64,000 nucleotides of DNA from Leucoraja erinacea. Its lineage: Eukaryota. The notes below the pieces were generated by a model that was not told the DNA's origin, searched no databases, and worked only from the letters and a program-made list of their open reading frames with translations. Location: positions 19,406,001 through 19,470,000 of the forward strand of contig NC_073381.1 in assembly GCF_028641065.1 (NCBI RefSeq). Reading direction: 5' to 3'. Position 1 is the stretch's first letter; each line of letters opens with the position of its first letter. Shown one piece after another: positions 1 to 12,380 of this stretch. Made by a program: the position numbers and the translations under genes.

Positions 1-368
1 AAGATCACCCCATGGATCGGGAACTTTAGAGGGGGTGGAAGGAGACGGTGACCATGGAAAAAGGGCACGTTGACAGGATCCAGGAGAGGATCTACCCTTG
101 GGGCCCGCTGTGGAAGGTGGGTCCCCCAGGTCTCTAGTCCACGGGGAACGAACGACCGGAATGGAGGAGGTGATGGCTGCAAGGCGCATTTTAACCCGCT
201 GTAGCTGACTATAAAATGGCGCCTCTTGCATATGGACTCGATGGGCTGTTCTGTACCGACTGGGGCGATTGTGCTTATGTATGGGGATAGTCTTGCTGAG
301 CTGTATACAAAAAATGTATTTCACTGTACCTGGTACACGCGACAATAAGGAAACCATTGAATCATTGA
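1..368 (+). mobile_element. 3' part of a non-coding retroposon with a Rex1-like tail
   Basis: GC-rich body ending tttcactgtacctggtacacgcgacaataa plus a short repeat tail; the same tail type occurs at about 13400-13440 and 45120-45150. Confidence 0.5.
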
Positions 369-590
369 GGAGGATGAACTCTCGGAAAGCGTCTGGACTT
401 AATGATATACCAGGACGTGTTCTCAAAACTTGCGCGACCAACTGCTGGAGTTTTTTGCGGACATCTTCAACCTCTCATTACTGAGGTCGGAGGTTCCCAC
501 CTTCTTTGAAAGGTCATCAATAATACCAGTGCCCAAGAAGTAAGAATAAGGTGACATGGCTCCAGAACTATCAGCTGGTGGCACTAATAT
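366..590 (+). mobile_element. Rex1/Babar LINE RT fragment
   Basis: Degenerate RKASG..DIPGRVLKTCA...IFNLSL...IIPVPKK...Y..VAL. Confidence 0.75.
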
Positions 591-1334
591 CCTGCCTTGA
601 TTGCACTAAGGATTTGGGACTTCCTTTTTGTATTTCCACTATATTCAGGACATATGACCATAAAACACTTTTGAATCTTTTGAAATCTAGCAACTTTGGA
701 GCCTCTGTTCAAGACATTAAATTCATTCCAACTTCTTTGTTGAAACAGCAAACCTATATGTCTGAGAAATAGCTTGTAAAGGTATTGGCAGTTCTCCTTC
801 AGAAGGGTTACTTTAGACACATGGCAAATCATTTAAAATTGCAAATCATTGCTCCTATATACCATTCAAGGACACATTTTGTCAGTTACACATAGGCTTT
901 AAAATCTATAAAGACATTCTACTATTTGCAAGAATATAAAGTGAAATAACACATTTCCCAGAACCTTAAATTTGTCACATTCGCAGAAACGAAGAGTGTG
1001 AAATTAATTGTTTTTGAAAAATAGCTACGGATCGGCAACAATCTCCTAAATATGATGCCTGTGTAAATATTTTACTGTGGGTACAAATCTCAAAATATAT
1101 CTGTGGAAGTACAGTCAACTTCACATATGACCATAAAATCGAGGAGGATCTTGGTGATCCGATACTTGTTTAAAAAAAGGTTCCTGCTTGGGAATCTTTT
1201 TTAAGAAAGGCATGTTAACTTTGGAGAAATCTTTTGTTTTATGGCGACAGAATTTTATTCACTGGGTTCCATGTAGAAATCACTGTTGAGACTTTTTTCT
1301 CTTGCCAGTTTAAATCTTGCCATCTATTTAACAA

Positions 1335-1612
1335 GGATGGCTAAAACTAGATGGCATTGGTTTAAGGTGGGAGTGGGAGGAGGTTTAAAGGAGATCTGAA
1401 GAACACAAAGAGTAGTTGGTATTTGAAACAGGCTGCCAGAGTTGGTGGTAGAGGTAGGATAGTAACAACATTTGAGAGACATCTGGACAGATACATTAAT
1501 GAGCAGGGCACAGAGTGAAATGGAAATAGAATTAATGGCGGTCGGTGCCAGATGGTCGGCACAAATGTGGTGGGCTAAAGGGCCTGTTTCGAAGTGGTAC
1601 ACTCTATGACTA
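1335..1612 (+). mobile_element. Old CR1 LINE 3' end
   Basis: TR.H..KV-type terminal coding remnant and 3' UTR gggctaaagggcctgttt...ctctatgact. Confidence 0.7.
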
Positions 1613-2082
1613 AGTGCCGGGTTTTCATGAAAGTGCAGTTTTGTAGCAAAGAAAGATTGGAATAAAAGAAAGGTTTTGAGGACTCTTTCAAAGATGGTGG
1701 TGGCCAGGATTCTCTATTGGTTCAGATAATTTTCCACTGAAACATTATGCTGCATGTTGGGTTACCTCCAGATCTGACCATACCAATGCTCTCCTGATCA
1801 GCTTCTTACCTCCTATATCAACTCTTCGGCCCGTTATGTTAATTTGGTTCAATTTTGTTCAGCCATTACACCAACTCTCCCATCTACGCTGACATTCACT
1901 TTAATAGTGCTTCAGCTTTTAAGTTATCATCCTTGTTTACAGGTCATGTCTTGGGATCATTTTATCGCCGCCCCCTAGCCATTCCATCATGTCTGACCAC
2001 CTCTGAAATCTCTTCCATCTTTGCAAACCTTGGAGATCTCAGCTCTCTTCCAATTCTGACCTCTGGCACATCTTCAAATTTA

Positions 2083-2341
2083 AGGGCCTGTCCCACTTGG
2101 CGATTTTCTTCGGTGACTGCCGGCATCATATCTGTGTCGCCAAAAGATTTTGAACATTTGAAAATCCAGCGGCGACAAAAAAATGTTGCGACACTTGAAA
2201 AGACACCGCACGTCATACATCATCATGCCGCGTCACTGCCGTGTGTCATACGTCATCACGCTGCATATTTTTCGGTGACCTGATACGTCAGTCAATGATG
2301 CCAGCAGTCGCCGAAAAAATTCGGCAAGTGGGATAGGCCCT
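2083..2341. mobile_element. PIF/Harbinger-type MITE
   Basis: TIRs AGGGCCTGTCCCACTTG / CAAGTGGGATAGGCCCT with longer imperfect sub-terminal inverted repeats; TTA TSD at 2080-2082 and 2342-2344. Confidence 0.8.
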
Positions 2342-3355
2342 TTAAATGCCCCATCATCGGTGTCCTTGTATTGAGCTGCTGAGACCTAAGCCTTAGAATT
2401 CTCATCCCCCCCCGCCCATCCTCCCCAAATCTCAGCTCACTGCCTGACTCCATTACTTTAACAAAAACCTAGATACCTGCCTGAACCTCTGGTTATCTGA
2501 CACAGCCAGACCAACACCTTCTATTGGTCAGTGCTACCTGCTCAGCCACTCGGGAGGAGCAACAGTGTGGCATATTGTTGCTGGTGAATGAATCCAAAAC
2601 AATGGATTACAGAACCTTAAAAATAGAGCAAAGATGTTGAAGGGAAATGACAGGAGATCTACACACAGAGGATGGTGGAAATCCAGAACTCCTCCCTCCA
2701 ATAAGCTGTTGAGAGTGGAGGTCAATTAAAATTCATAAAGTGTCAAAACTGCACGATAGATTTTTCAGAGCCAATCTAGAGTGTAATTAAGGTAGGTAAC
2801 AATATGGAGGAACCTTCGGACAAGATCTTTCTGATTGATGTGTCAGGTTTGAGGGGCAGAATGGCATGCTTCTTTAATTTAGAGATACAGCGCAGAAACA
2901 GGCCCTTCAGCTCGTCCATGCCAATCCCCACACACTATCCTACACACTAGGATTGTAGATGTTCTGTAGAAATGTTACAGTGAAAATCTATTAAAAAAAC
3001 AGAAAGTTGATATCGAGTGTCAGCAACCAGAACTGAATGTAATTGACAGTAAAGTGCTCTTTAACAATTACACTGAATAATAAGGATGGTAAGAGTATCA
3101 GCACATTTTTCTAATGCATATTTAATTGGTATAAAGAGTAGAATGCATATTACTCCCTCCTAAAGTTGTCAAAAAGTGTGTTTTTTTTAAAAAGGTGCTA
3201 ATAATATTCAAAATTATACAGTGCCTCATTAATGTTTGCACCCTGGTACCAAGTCACTGCACTCTGAGAACCCTACCTGTGCTGCTGGAACAGAAGACAT
3301 ACAGAAGCAATGTGTTGTTCAGTCGCTGCATTCATGAACTAAAACCTCATTTGCG

Positions 3356-3648
3356 TTTTAGTTATAGAGATACTGCATGGAAGCAGGCCCTTTGGTCCAC
3401 CTAGTCCACACCGACCATCCTGTACACTAGTTCTATGCTACACACTAGAGACAGTTTGCAGAAACCAATTGACCTGCAAACCTGCACGTCACTGGAATGT
3501 GGGAAGAAACGGAGCACCTGGAGGAACCCCATGTGGTCAATGGGAGAACACACAAAATACGTACAGACAGCACTCATAGACAGGATCAAACCCAGGTCTC
3601 TGGTGCTGTGAGGCACCAGTTCTTCCGCTGCACCACTTTGTCGCCCCG
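3356..3648 (-). mobile_element. tRNA-derived V-SINE (HE1-like) with CR1-type tail
   Basis: The reverse strand shows a tRNA-like head, central gttctccc...gtgggt...ctccg.tttcttcccacattcca domain and ggcctg...tgtatctcta tail. Same family as 12556 and 52805. Confidence 0.8.
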
Positions 3649-4209
3649 CCTAATCAAATATTGTTCCTCCTTTTTTGAGACAAATTAAGTTAAACATGCC
3701 ACGCAGACAAATCGCTGACCTTCCGTTATACTCAATGTGGCTCATTGTTCTCGAGCAGCCTACGCTGTATTTGTACCAGTTATGTCAAGCTCATCAACAT
3801 TAGCTCATTTGTCAATTTAAGTCAGATTTGGGTTTGAAACACGTCATGCTTAATTGTATTGCGGTATCACAGATAATGATGTACTAGTCTAACACAATTT
3901 CAAAAAGCATTGTTCTGAATTGTTTCATCACGGAAATATCCTGTAATGTCTTTACTAAATAAACAATGTGAATTATTTTCTGCTTGGCACAGTAGCAAAT
4001 TTGGGAACTTTAAAAGAGAATCTACCTCTTGAAAGGCCAATCATTAAAAAAAGATTATTATTATAAGCAGGATTAGTTCAAAGAAAGGTATAACGTTACA
4101 ACAACTTGAAAGCCACCACAATTTTAAGTAATACTTCCGATAGAATGTAATTTCCGAACTGCAAATGTACCCATTAGACAACGGTATTCCTTTCAACTGA
4201 GTCACTAAC

Positions 4210-4434
4210 CTTCCACAATCAGCCATCTCAGACTCCTCAAGTGTAGGGCTTCTGTCTAACTTCTTCCAGCCAATAACGTATTTGTTGACAGGACCTTGAC
4301 AATGATATGATCCTGATAAAGACCCAAGCATTTGTTGACTATTGTTCTGAGATACTATGTAGACTTTTGATGCATCAAGCGATCCGCTGGTTTTAGAACC
4401 ACGAGGTGCTGGGCTTCCTGAATGATGAGAACCA
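4210..4434 (-). CDS. sipa1l2: SIPA1L2 coding exon (GSHHSGSPAPRGSKTSGSLDASKVYIVSQ...VNKYVIGWKKLDRSPTLEESEMADCG)
   Basis: Acceptor ttgtttctttag and donor AG|gttagt; 225 nt, phase 2-2. SGSLD.SKVYIVS and VNKYVIGWKK match SIPA1L2. Confidence 0.93.
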
Positions 4435-6395
4435 CTAAAGAAACAAGTTTATGGGAGGAATGGAAAAGAGTGGTCATAGAGTTAACAATTAGAACTGATG
4501 ACTACTCCAGAGCTCGTTACTGATTAGGTTAATTATTTACGCCAGCAGCATTGTTTACAGTAATCTTAAATCATGATCACAGAATATTTAGATATGTAGC
4601 ACAAAACCATTTTTGGACCACGGTGAAGAGGCTCTTCTGCAAAGTGCGATGGAATGGTTTTGGATTTAGAGAAGTAAAAAAGTCAAAATCATAATCAATT
4701 GAGATATGAATGTTGCAAGAAGGGAAGAGCAAGTTTAGGTGGATTGACAACAAGAAGGGAGTGATTGATCTTCCTTGGATATGTTTTTTTCATACAACCA
4801 TGGCATTGATGCATTACAGATGGGAGATGCGAATGTGGCTTTGGATTCTAAATTATATTTGGCAGATCCATTACTGAGGACAACAAACCTATCCAACAAG
4901 AATTTGACTTTACATCAAATTTCTCTCCAGTGCAATATTAGAGTAAAAAATCCTTATCGTTTTCATCGTTAAAGTTTAAAAGTATGCATCTTTTGTACCC
5001 CATTTAATATATGTTGCCATCTTACAAATCCACACTAACCTTTTCTGCAATTTCATTTTTTCCATCTAACCAGTTATCTGCTACAGTATTGGTATATTCC
5101 TTACTTAAGCCACAAATGACAGCTGTTCAGCATTACAGACCTATTGGTATTTATCGAGATTGTTGGAAAATTAGAGTGTATATTCAGTCAGACTACATTG
5201 CACTGGGGTAAAATGAAGATTATTAATTCATCTGCATAGCATTTCAAAAATTGAAAAATCACTTTTCACAAACAGTTATTGCAAAAACAAAGAATTAAGT
5301 CCTGCATGGATACATGAGTGTTTGACAGGGCAGCAATTGGCTAATCAAATGGGAAAGATTAAAATTACTTTAATGCAAGTAGTTGTCATCATTTTAAATA
5401 AACTTTCTAAAAGTATGGTTGAAGCAGATTCAAAAATTAGGTGGGGAGGAGTGGGGTGGCAGATTTCTGGTGCATGGTAAAAGACAGGAGAGTGAATCAT
5501 TGTATAGCTCTTTCAGAGCAGACATTGGAACAATGAACAAAATGGTTTGCAGTACAAGATTCTATAATGAAAGAAAACTGCCTGTAAATATTGTAGTGAC
5601 GAGTTTACATAGCACTTTAATCCTGGCAAATCAATTCACGGATGCTTTCATAAACCTTCCAATTTTAAAACTCATATGGAAAATTGTTATTCTTCGTGTA
5701 TTTTAGAAAGTATTCATATAACTAAAGATAGGGTTAACCTCCCATAAAGAGGATGTTAGAGCATGGAATGCTTGCCATTGGGATTTACTGAAGCAACAAC
5801 CGTTGCATCTGTCGAGGCAGAATTGGATAAATATTAGACCAAGAAGTGGGGTCAAGAGCAAAACAAGTCAGTGGAATTAGTTTGGATATGACAAGGCAAA
5901 GGAGAGATTTAAACAACGTGATTAGTTTGATTATAATAAGTAGCTGGCGACAGAGTGGGCAAGGAAAATTTGGGACTGAAACATTTTGGGCGACATTAGG
6001 GCAAATGAATATGTTTTAGAATGATGCAAGGCTAGGAAGAAAAGGTGGAGTACAGAATAGGTTTTGGATTGATCTAATGCCGGTGAGGAGGAATAACTTT
6101 ACCTGAATTTTCCTGTCAAGGTTCAGTACAAATGGCCCAGACGGTCCCCAACAATAATCCAGGATTCCCATACTTTAATGTTATGATTTCCTGAATGGTC
6201 CAATGGAATCCTGAGAGTTTACATTTTCCAACACAAACACAGCAAGATGTTGTTCCCCATTAATCAGTGACATGCAACTTTTAGTTGGTAGTTTGTGACA
6301 CTATATATGCACTGTTTTTTGTAGTGATAATTTACTTATATGTGGTATATGCAGTAAGGTCACTGGATGGCCGCAATCATTAAAATACACTGTAC

Positions 6396-6793
6396 CTGGA
6401 GTGTGATGAGATCTCGCTTAGATCACCAGTACTTCCTTGGGTGGCAAGGCCAGCGGAAATGGCAGCAGCATAGTTGTGAACGGCATAAGATTTTGCTTGT
6501 CCATCTTCAGGCCCTCCATCTTCTGTGTGCTCCCCCCACTGCACCATCTGCTCTGCCCTGCTCTGGACAGCCGACCTGTTTCCAGTCAAATGAACAGTGG
6601 CCATCAATGGTGCTGGGATACAGGGATTTGTGTCGATCCCACTGTCGGTGGAGGCCCCTTTAATGTACGTCAATCCAAGTAATTCTGGATCCATTAAGTC
6701 ACCTGAACCAAACTGCTTGTCATCGCTATTGCTGGAGGCATTGCTGGAGAGAGTATTACTGCTGGAATGGCTTGAACAATTATTATCTGTAAT
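6396..6793 (-). CDS. sipa1l2: SIPA1L2 coding exon (ITDNNCSSHSSSNTLSSNASSNSDDKQFGSGDLMDPELLGLTYIKGASTDSGIDT...GDLSEISSHS)
   Basis: Acceptor ttccttactcttag and donor AG|gtacag; 398 nt, phase 0-2. Contains the SIPA1L-family motifs SSHSSSNTLSSN and DSGIDT. Confidence 0.95.
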
Positions 6794-7791
6794 CTAAGAG
6801 TAAGGAATAAAAGTTAACACACACTAAGAATTGAATGTGGTTCTGAATTTAAACATATTTAACTACAATTTTATCCTAATATTCCCTCATGTTTGGGCCA
6901 AGTCTGTATCACATTCCTGTGACAAGATTAATAGCATTTTTTAGTTTTCCATTGGTATTAATAGTTTAAAAAATTGCAATATACAAATGGAACTGCCAAT
7001 TATAGGCAACATATTGTTTTCAATTAGAGCATCAAGCTACAAAAATATATAGTGGTGCATTTGCATTATAAGACCCATTTAAACTATATTCATAACCATT
7101 GGCTTTAAATGTCTGTGTTTGAACTTAACTATACCCAAAAGGAACCCAAGAACTTCAGGTTCAGCCTGTGAACATGTTAATTCACAAAAAGGTTGTATTG
7201 TAGTTAATGCAAAACAAGGCGTTGGTTCAAATATAGGATAATAAGCAAGTTTCTATGGCCTTTCCCAAACTAATTTTACAAAGGGATAATTCATCATCGA
7301 ATTCAATAATTGCATTCATCGGCATAGTTACCTTTGACACAAAGGGTGTGTGAGATTGATGGAGCTTTTCTTTGTTGGCACTAATGCTTTCTTTGAATTT
7401 CAATGAAAAAGTGAAGCCACTTATGCTAATTGTTTCTAATTAAATTGAAAATGATTGGGAGGAAATGCCCGATGGCACGGTTAGAATAAACATCCAATTT
7501 GCTCCACACATATTTTTGATTCTGAGGCAATTAAATTGTGAATGTAATTATCTGGAGCAGAGCAATATTTACCTTGTTAAAGGAAGGATAGCTCGGGTCA
7601 ATATGTGATGAGAAATTGGAAATGATGAATGGATTCACAATTTTATTGTGCACAGCAATCAGAGCCCAACTTCACTGGTGCAATTCAAATATTGCTCTCA
7701 CCAACCGAAGACACCATAGGTTGGGAGCGGAAGTCAAGAGTAATCAAGAGCACTTAATGCCAAGTTTACAAACATAATCCTTCCCTTGCAG

Positions 7792-8028
7792 ATAGACCCA
7801 AAATGCATGAGTAACGCAGCGGGACAGGCAGCACTGGATAGAAGGAATGGTTGACATTTCAGGTCGAGACCCTTCTTCTGTCTGAATTACTCCAGCATTT
7901 TGCGTCGGCAGTTCCTTCCTACATCCTTCTCTTGTAGACATAAAACGCTGGAGTAACTCAGCGGGACAGGCAGCATCTCTGGAGAGAAAGAATGGATGAC
8001 GTTTCGGGTCGAGACCCTTCTTCTTACA
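7792..8028 (-). mobile_element. Two adjacent Penelope-derived short elements
   Basis: Two copies of ctggagtaactcagcgggacaggcagcat...gacgtttcgggtcgagacccttcttc, bounded by three copies of a ~15-bp target (7777-7791, 7922-7937, 8029-8044). Confidence 0.75.
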
Positions 8029-8281
8029 CATTCTTCTCTTGTAGTTCATTTAACTGTACTGAGTAGTCCGGTTTCACACCATACAAGAGGAATAAAATTC
8101 ACAGAGCTAACCTTGGCGTTTGGCTAGATAACTAACATGACAGGGTTGGCAAAGGAGATTGCAAGGGGCAAACACTGTCAATGTCCACAGTGAGGGCCGG
8201 GACCCACTCTCTACATTCCCCTTTCCATTTATAAAATGTGACCAAATGGAGATTTTCACAAAGTACAGCGAAGTTAAATGA

Positions 8282-8359
8282 AGCTCAGTGCAAAGTACAT
8301 CAATGAGGTACAATAGCTCAGTGCAAAGCACATCAATGAGGTACAATAGCTCAGTGCAA
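8282..8359. repeat. 33-bp tandem repeat, about 2.4 copies
   Basis: Unit agctcagtgcaaag(t/c)acatcaatgaggtacaat starting at 8282, 8315 and 8348. Confidence 0.9.
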
Positions 8360-8784
8360 GGCAGTGGAGGTCAGTGCAGTACATGGTATGTAATCAGTGC
8401 TCAGCGCACATTGTAGCACAGGTACTGGGAGCTCAGCACAGTGAGAAACACAGGTCTGTCATTGATGTAATATGTACATGTATATAATGTTTGTCTAAAT
8501 AAATTAGTCTGTTTAGATATTCTCCCTCCTAACATTCACATGACACCTCTTGCCCAGCCTGAGCCAGAGAACTTCATTATTTTGGTTCAAAATTCTCGAA
8601 TTCACTTAATTCTCTTCCATTGATGAAGAATCAGTAAATCATCTTATATGGCCCCTTATAAGTCAAATGCCAAATGATAGCTTGACCATATAAGGTGAGG
8701 AGAGGACAGCAGTAGTATTGCAAGCGAAAACAGTGCAAACATAAAACCACCAATGACATTTTGGCAATAATGAGTGAATCTTAC

Positions 8785-8882
8785 GTGTAAAATTTTATTT
8801 GGGGACTCTTTGCCCATAGTTTCCCTTTGCAGTCCTTTGTAGGAGCTCAGCATTTTTGTTGAAGGAACATGCCATCTTGCTT
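8785..8882 (-). CDS. sipa1l2: SIPA1L2 coding exon (EARWHVPSTKMLSSYKGLQRETMGKESPNKILH)
   Basis: Acceptor tttctctttcag and donor CAC|gtaag; 98 nt, phase 1-0. Resembles remembered SIPA1L2 ETKWHGPPSKVLGSYK...KDSPNKLSH. Confidence 0.88.
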
Positions 8883-9039
8883 CTGAAAGAGAAACATTTA
8901 AAACAAATGCTGTAATCAGTTCCTTTTATGGTCAGAGATTAAAAGCAAGACAAAAAGCTCAAAATTACTAGCAAAATGTCTATGCAGATTTTGACTAGCA
9001 GTGCATTCAATATTTTTTTTCATAATTCTCTCCATTTTG

Positions 9040-9150
9040 TTAGCTGTGACTCAATAGTTTGTATTGTCACTTCAGAAATAAAAGGTTCTGGATTCAAATC
9101 TTGAGCACAGAAGCTGAGGCTGACGTTCTAATGCAGATTGAAGGAGTGCT
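9040..9150 (+). mobile_element. Head of an old Deu-domain SINE (SacSINE1-like); probable continuation at about 12380-12430
   Basis: Degenerate A/B boxes (tgtgactcaatag; ggattcaaatc). A Deu-like tgtccaatatttatttctcaatcaacatc follows the Tc1. Confidence 0.5.
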
Positions 9151-9420
9151 ATAATGTTTGGGACAAAGACACATTGTTTATTTATGAATTGTGTATTCCA
9201 CGTCATAGAAAAAAAATCACATGTGGTTAAAGTGCACATTGTCAGATTTTATTAAAGGGAATTCTTATACATTTTGGTTTCACTATGTAGAAATTATAGC
9301 TGATTATACATAGTCCCCCCATTTCAGGGCACCATAATTGTTTGGGACACATGGCTTCACAGGTGTTTGTAAGTGCTCAGGTGTGTTTAATTGCTTCCTT
9401 ACAATACAATACAATAAATT

Positions 9421-9497
9421 CCCGAAACGTTGCCTATTTCCTTCGCTCCATAGATGCTGCTGCACCCGCTGAGTTTCTCCAGTTTTTTTGTGTACCT
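9421..9497 (+). mobile_element. Penelope-derived short element (subfamily B) inserted in a microsatellite tail
   Basis: cccgaaacgttgcctatttccttcgctccatagatgctgctgcacccgctgagtttctcc between two acaatacaata runs. Confidence 0.75.
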
Positions 9498-9600
9498 ACA
9501 ATACAATACAATTTTTATTTGTCATTTGAACCTCATTGAGGTTCAAATGAAATGCTGTTTCTGCAGTCATACACACAAGAAGTATAAGTGCAAGACATTT

Positions 9601-10636
9601 TGCAGTGACTAGTGGGGTACCCCAAGGCTCAGTACTGGGACCCCAGCTATTTACAATATATATTAATGATCTGGATGAGGGAATTGAAGGCAATATCTCC
9701 AAGTTTGCGGATGACACTAAGCTGGGGGGCAGTGTTAGCTGTGAGGAGGATGCTAGGAGACTGCAGGGTGACTTGGATAGGCTGGGTGAGTGGGCAAATG
9801 CAGTATAATGTGGATAAATGTGAGGTTATCCATTTTGGTGGTAAAAACAGGAAAGCAGACTATTATCTAAATGGTGGCCGATTGGGAAAGGGGGAGATGC
9901 AGCGAGACCTGGGTGTCATGGTACACCAGTCATTGAAGGTAGGCATGCAGGTGCAGCAGGCAGTAAAGAAAGCGAATGGTATGTTAGCTTTCATTGCAAA
10001 AGGATTTGAGTATAGGAGCAGAGAGGTTCTACTGCAGTTGTACAGAGTCTTGGTGAGACCACACCTGGAGTATTGCGTACAGTTTTGGTCTCCAAATCTG
10101 AGGAAGGACATTATTGCCATAGAGGGAGTGCAGAGACGGTTCACCAGACTGATTCCTGGGATGTCAGGACTGTCTTATGAAGAAAGACTGGATAGACTTG
10201 GTTTATACTCTCTAGAATTTAGAAGATTGAGAGGGGATCTTATAGAAACTTACAAAATTCTTAAGGGGTTGGACAGGCTAGATGCAGGAAGATTGTTCCC
10301 GATGTTAGGGAAGTCCAGGACAAGGGGTCACAGCTTAAGGATAAAGGGGAAATCCTTAAAAAAACCGAGATGAGAAGAACTTTTTTTTTCACGCAGAGAG
10401 CGGTGAATCTCTGGAACTCTCTGCCACAGAGGGTAGTTGAGGCCAGTTCATTGGCTATATTTAAGAGGGAGTTAGATGTGGCCCTTGTGGCTAAGGGGAT
10501 CAGGGGGTATTGAGAGAAGGCAGGTACGGGATACTGAGTTGGATGATCAGCCATGATCATATTGAATGGCGGTGCAGGCTCGAAGGGCCGAATGGCCTAC
10601 TCCTGCACCTAATTTCTATGTTTCTATGTTTCTATG
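9601..10636 (+). mobile_element. Young 5'-truncated CR1 LINE
   Basis: [46 protein letters not shown] motifs and (TTTCTATG)n tail. Confidence 0.95.
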
Positions 10637-11365
10637 TAAGAAAGAACCAAGACACAACACAATTTACACAAACATCCATCACATCGCATTTCCTCCTCGC
10701 TGTGATGGAAGGCAAAAAACGTATCCCTCCCCTGCACTCCCCGATGTCAGAGTCAAAGCCCCCGGCGGGCGATGGTAATTGTCCCGCGGCCATTAACCCC
10801 GCGCCGGGCGCTAGCAAAGTCCCGCAGCCATTCCAAGCCGCGCGGGGCAGTGATGTAAGGAACCGCTCCAGGTCATCTTCAACCCCGCAACTCGGACGGG
10901 AGAAGTCGCCGTTGCGGAAGCCCCGAAAAGCGGTCTCCCAGCAGGGACCCGCGGGCTCCCGGTGTTACTGTCTACCAGACCTGCGGCAAGCCTCCGAATC
11001 TCCAGGGTCGGGTCGCAGCAGCTCGCCACCACTGCTCCTCCCACTCCAAACTCGGCCAGCTCCACGATGGTGGGTAGGTAGGTCGGCAGGCTCCGCGACT
11101 GGAGCCCTAGGTCGTTCCTGCTGGAGGCCGCTCCACGTTGCTCAGCTCCAACGACAACGGAGACCTGACAAGGAAAAGGTCGGGTTCTCCGTGCAGGGGA
11201 AAGATTTTTAAAGTTTCCCCACCCCCCCCCCCTCCCACCCAACATACCCCATCAAAAAAAAAAATTATTAAAAAAAAATAATGCAGGTATAAGTGAGCTA
11301 TCAGCACCTAGTCTTTCCTCCAGTCTTTCCATCACCTTTGGAAACATTTATTGCTGTTTATCAAC

Positions 11366-12380
11366 ATGAGGACCAAAGTTGTGCCAATGAAAGTCAAAGA
11401 AGCCATTGTGAGACTGAGAAACAAGAATAAAATTGTTAGAGACATCAGCCAAACCTTAGGCTTACCAAAATCAACTGTTTGGAACATCATTAAGAAGAAA
11501 GAGAGCACTGGTGAGCTTATTAATCGTAAAGGGACTGGCAGGCCAAGGAAGACCTCCACAGCTGATAACAGAAGAATTCTCTCTACAATAAAAAACCCAA
11601 ACACCTGTCAGACAGATTCCAAATACTCTTCATGAGTCAGGTGTGGATATGTCAATAACCACTGTCTGCAGAAGACTTCATGAACAGAAATACAGAGGCT
11701 ACACTATAAGATGCAAACCACTGGCTAGCTGCAAAAATAGGATGACCGGGTTACAGTTTGCCAAGAAGTACTTAAAAGAGCAACCACAGTTCTGGAAATA
11801 GGTCTTGTGGACAGATGAGACGAAGAGTAACATATCAGAGTGATGGCAAGGGCAAAGTATGGAGGAGAGGAGGAACTGCCCAAGATCCAAAGCATACCAC
11901 CTCATCTGTAAAACACGGTGGTGGGGGTGTTATGGCCTGGGCATGTATGGCTGCTGAAGATACTGGCTCACTTATCTTCATTGATGATATAACTGCTGAT
12001 GGTAGTATCATAATGAATTCTGAAGTGTATAGACACATCCTATCTGCTCAATTTCAAACAAATGCCTCAAAATTCATTAGTCAATGGTTCATTCTACAGC
12101 AAGACAATGATCCCAAACAAACTGCTAAAGCAACAAAGGAGTTTTTCAAAGCTAAAACATGGTCATTTCTTGAGTGGAAAAGTCAATCACCCGATCTGAA
12201 CCCAAATGAGCATGCCTTTTATATGCTGAAGAGAAAACTGAAGGGGACTAGACCCCAAAACAAGCATAAGCTAAAGATGGCTGCAATACAGGCCTGGCTG
12301 AGCATCACCAGAGAAGACACCCAGCAACTGGTGATGTCCATGAATCGCAGACTTCAAGCAGTCATTGCACGCAAAGGGAC
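11366..12380 (+). pseudogene. Frameshifted Tc1 DD34E transposase
   Basis: HTH (ISQTLGLPKSTVWNIIKK), GRPRKT, WTDE, VKHGGGGVMAW, and QQDNDPKQ...SPDLNPNE with exactly 34 residues between D and E; split across reading frames. Confidence 0.92.

Larger units (their letters stand above)
9401..11280 (-). mobile_element. GC-rich non-coding retroposon with (TTGTA)n tail, itself interrupted by a PLE fragment and a CR1
   Basis: Tail (acaat)n at 9401-9416 and 9498-9512; body 9513-9582 resumes at about 10638 as CpG-rich sequence with no recognisable protein. Confidence 0.6.
9149..12380 (+). mobile_element. IR/DR-type Tc1 transposon, interrupted at 9401-11280 and lacking its right end
   Basis: Direct repeats ataatgtttgggaca (9151) and ataattgtttgggaca (9334) in the left arm; sequence resumes at 11281, ahead of the transposase. 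Confidence 0.8.

Noticed and set aside
3217-3250. Tc1-like terminus tacagtgcctcattaatgtttg
   Set aside because: Too short, and no partner end or internal sequence was found.
8282-8359. CRISPR-like repeat array
   Set aside because: Head-to-tail 33-bp duplication without spacers, in a vertebrate intron; no cas genes.
10510-11245. 233-aa (+) and 144-aa (-) ORFs
   Set aside because: Stop-poor GC-rich repeat sequence; the longer one spans a CR1/retroposon junction; no domain motifs.
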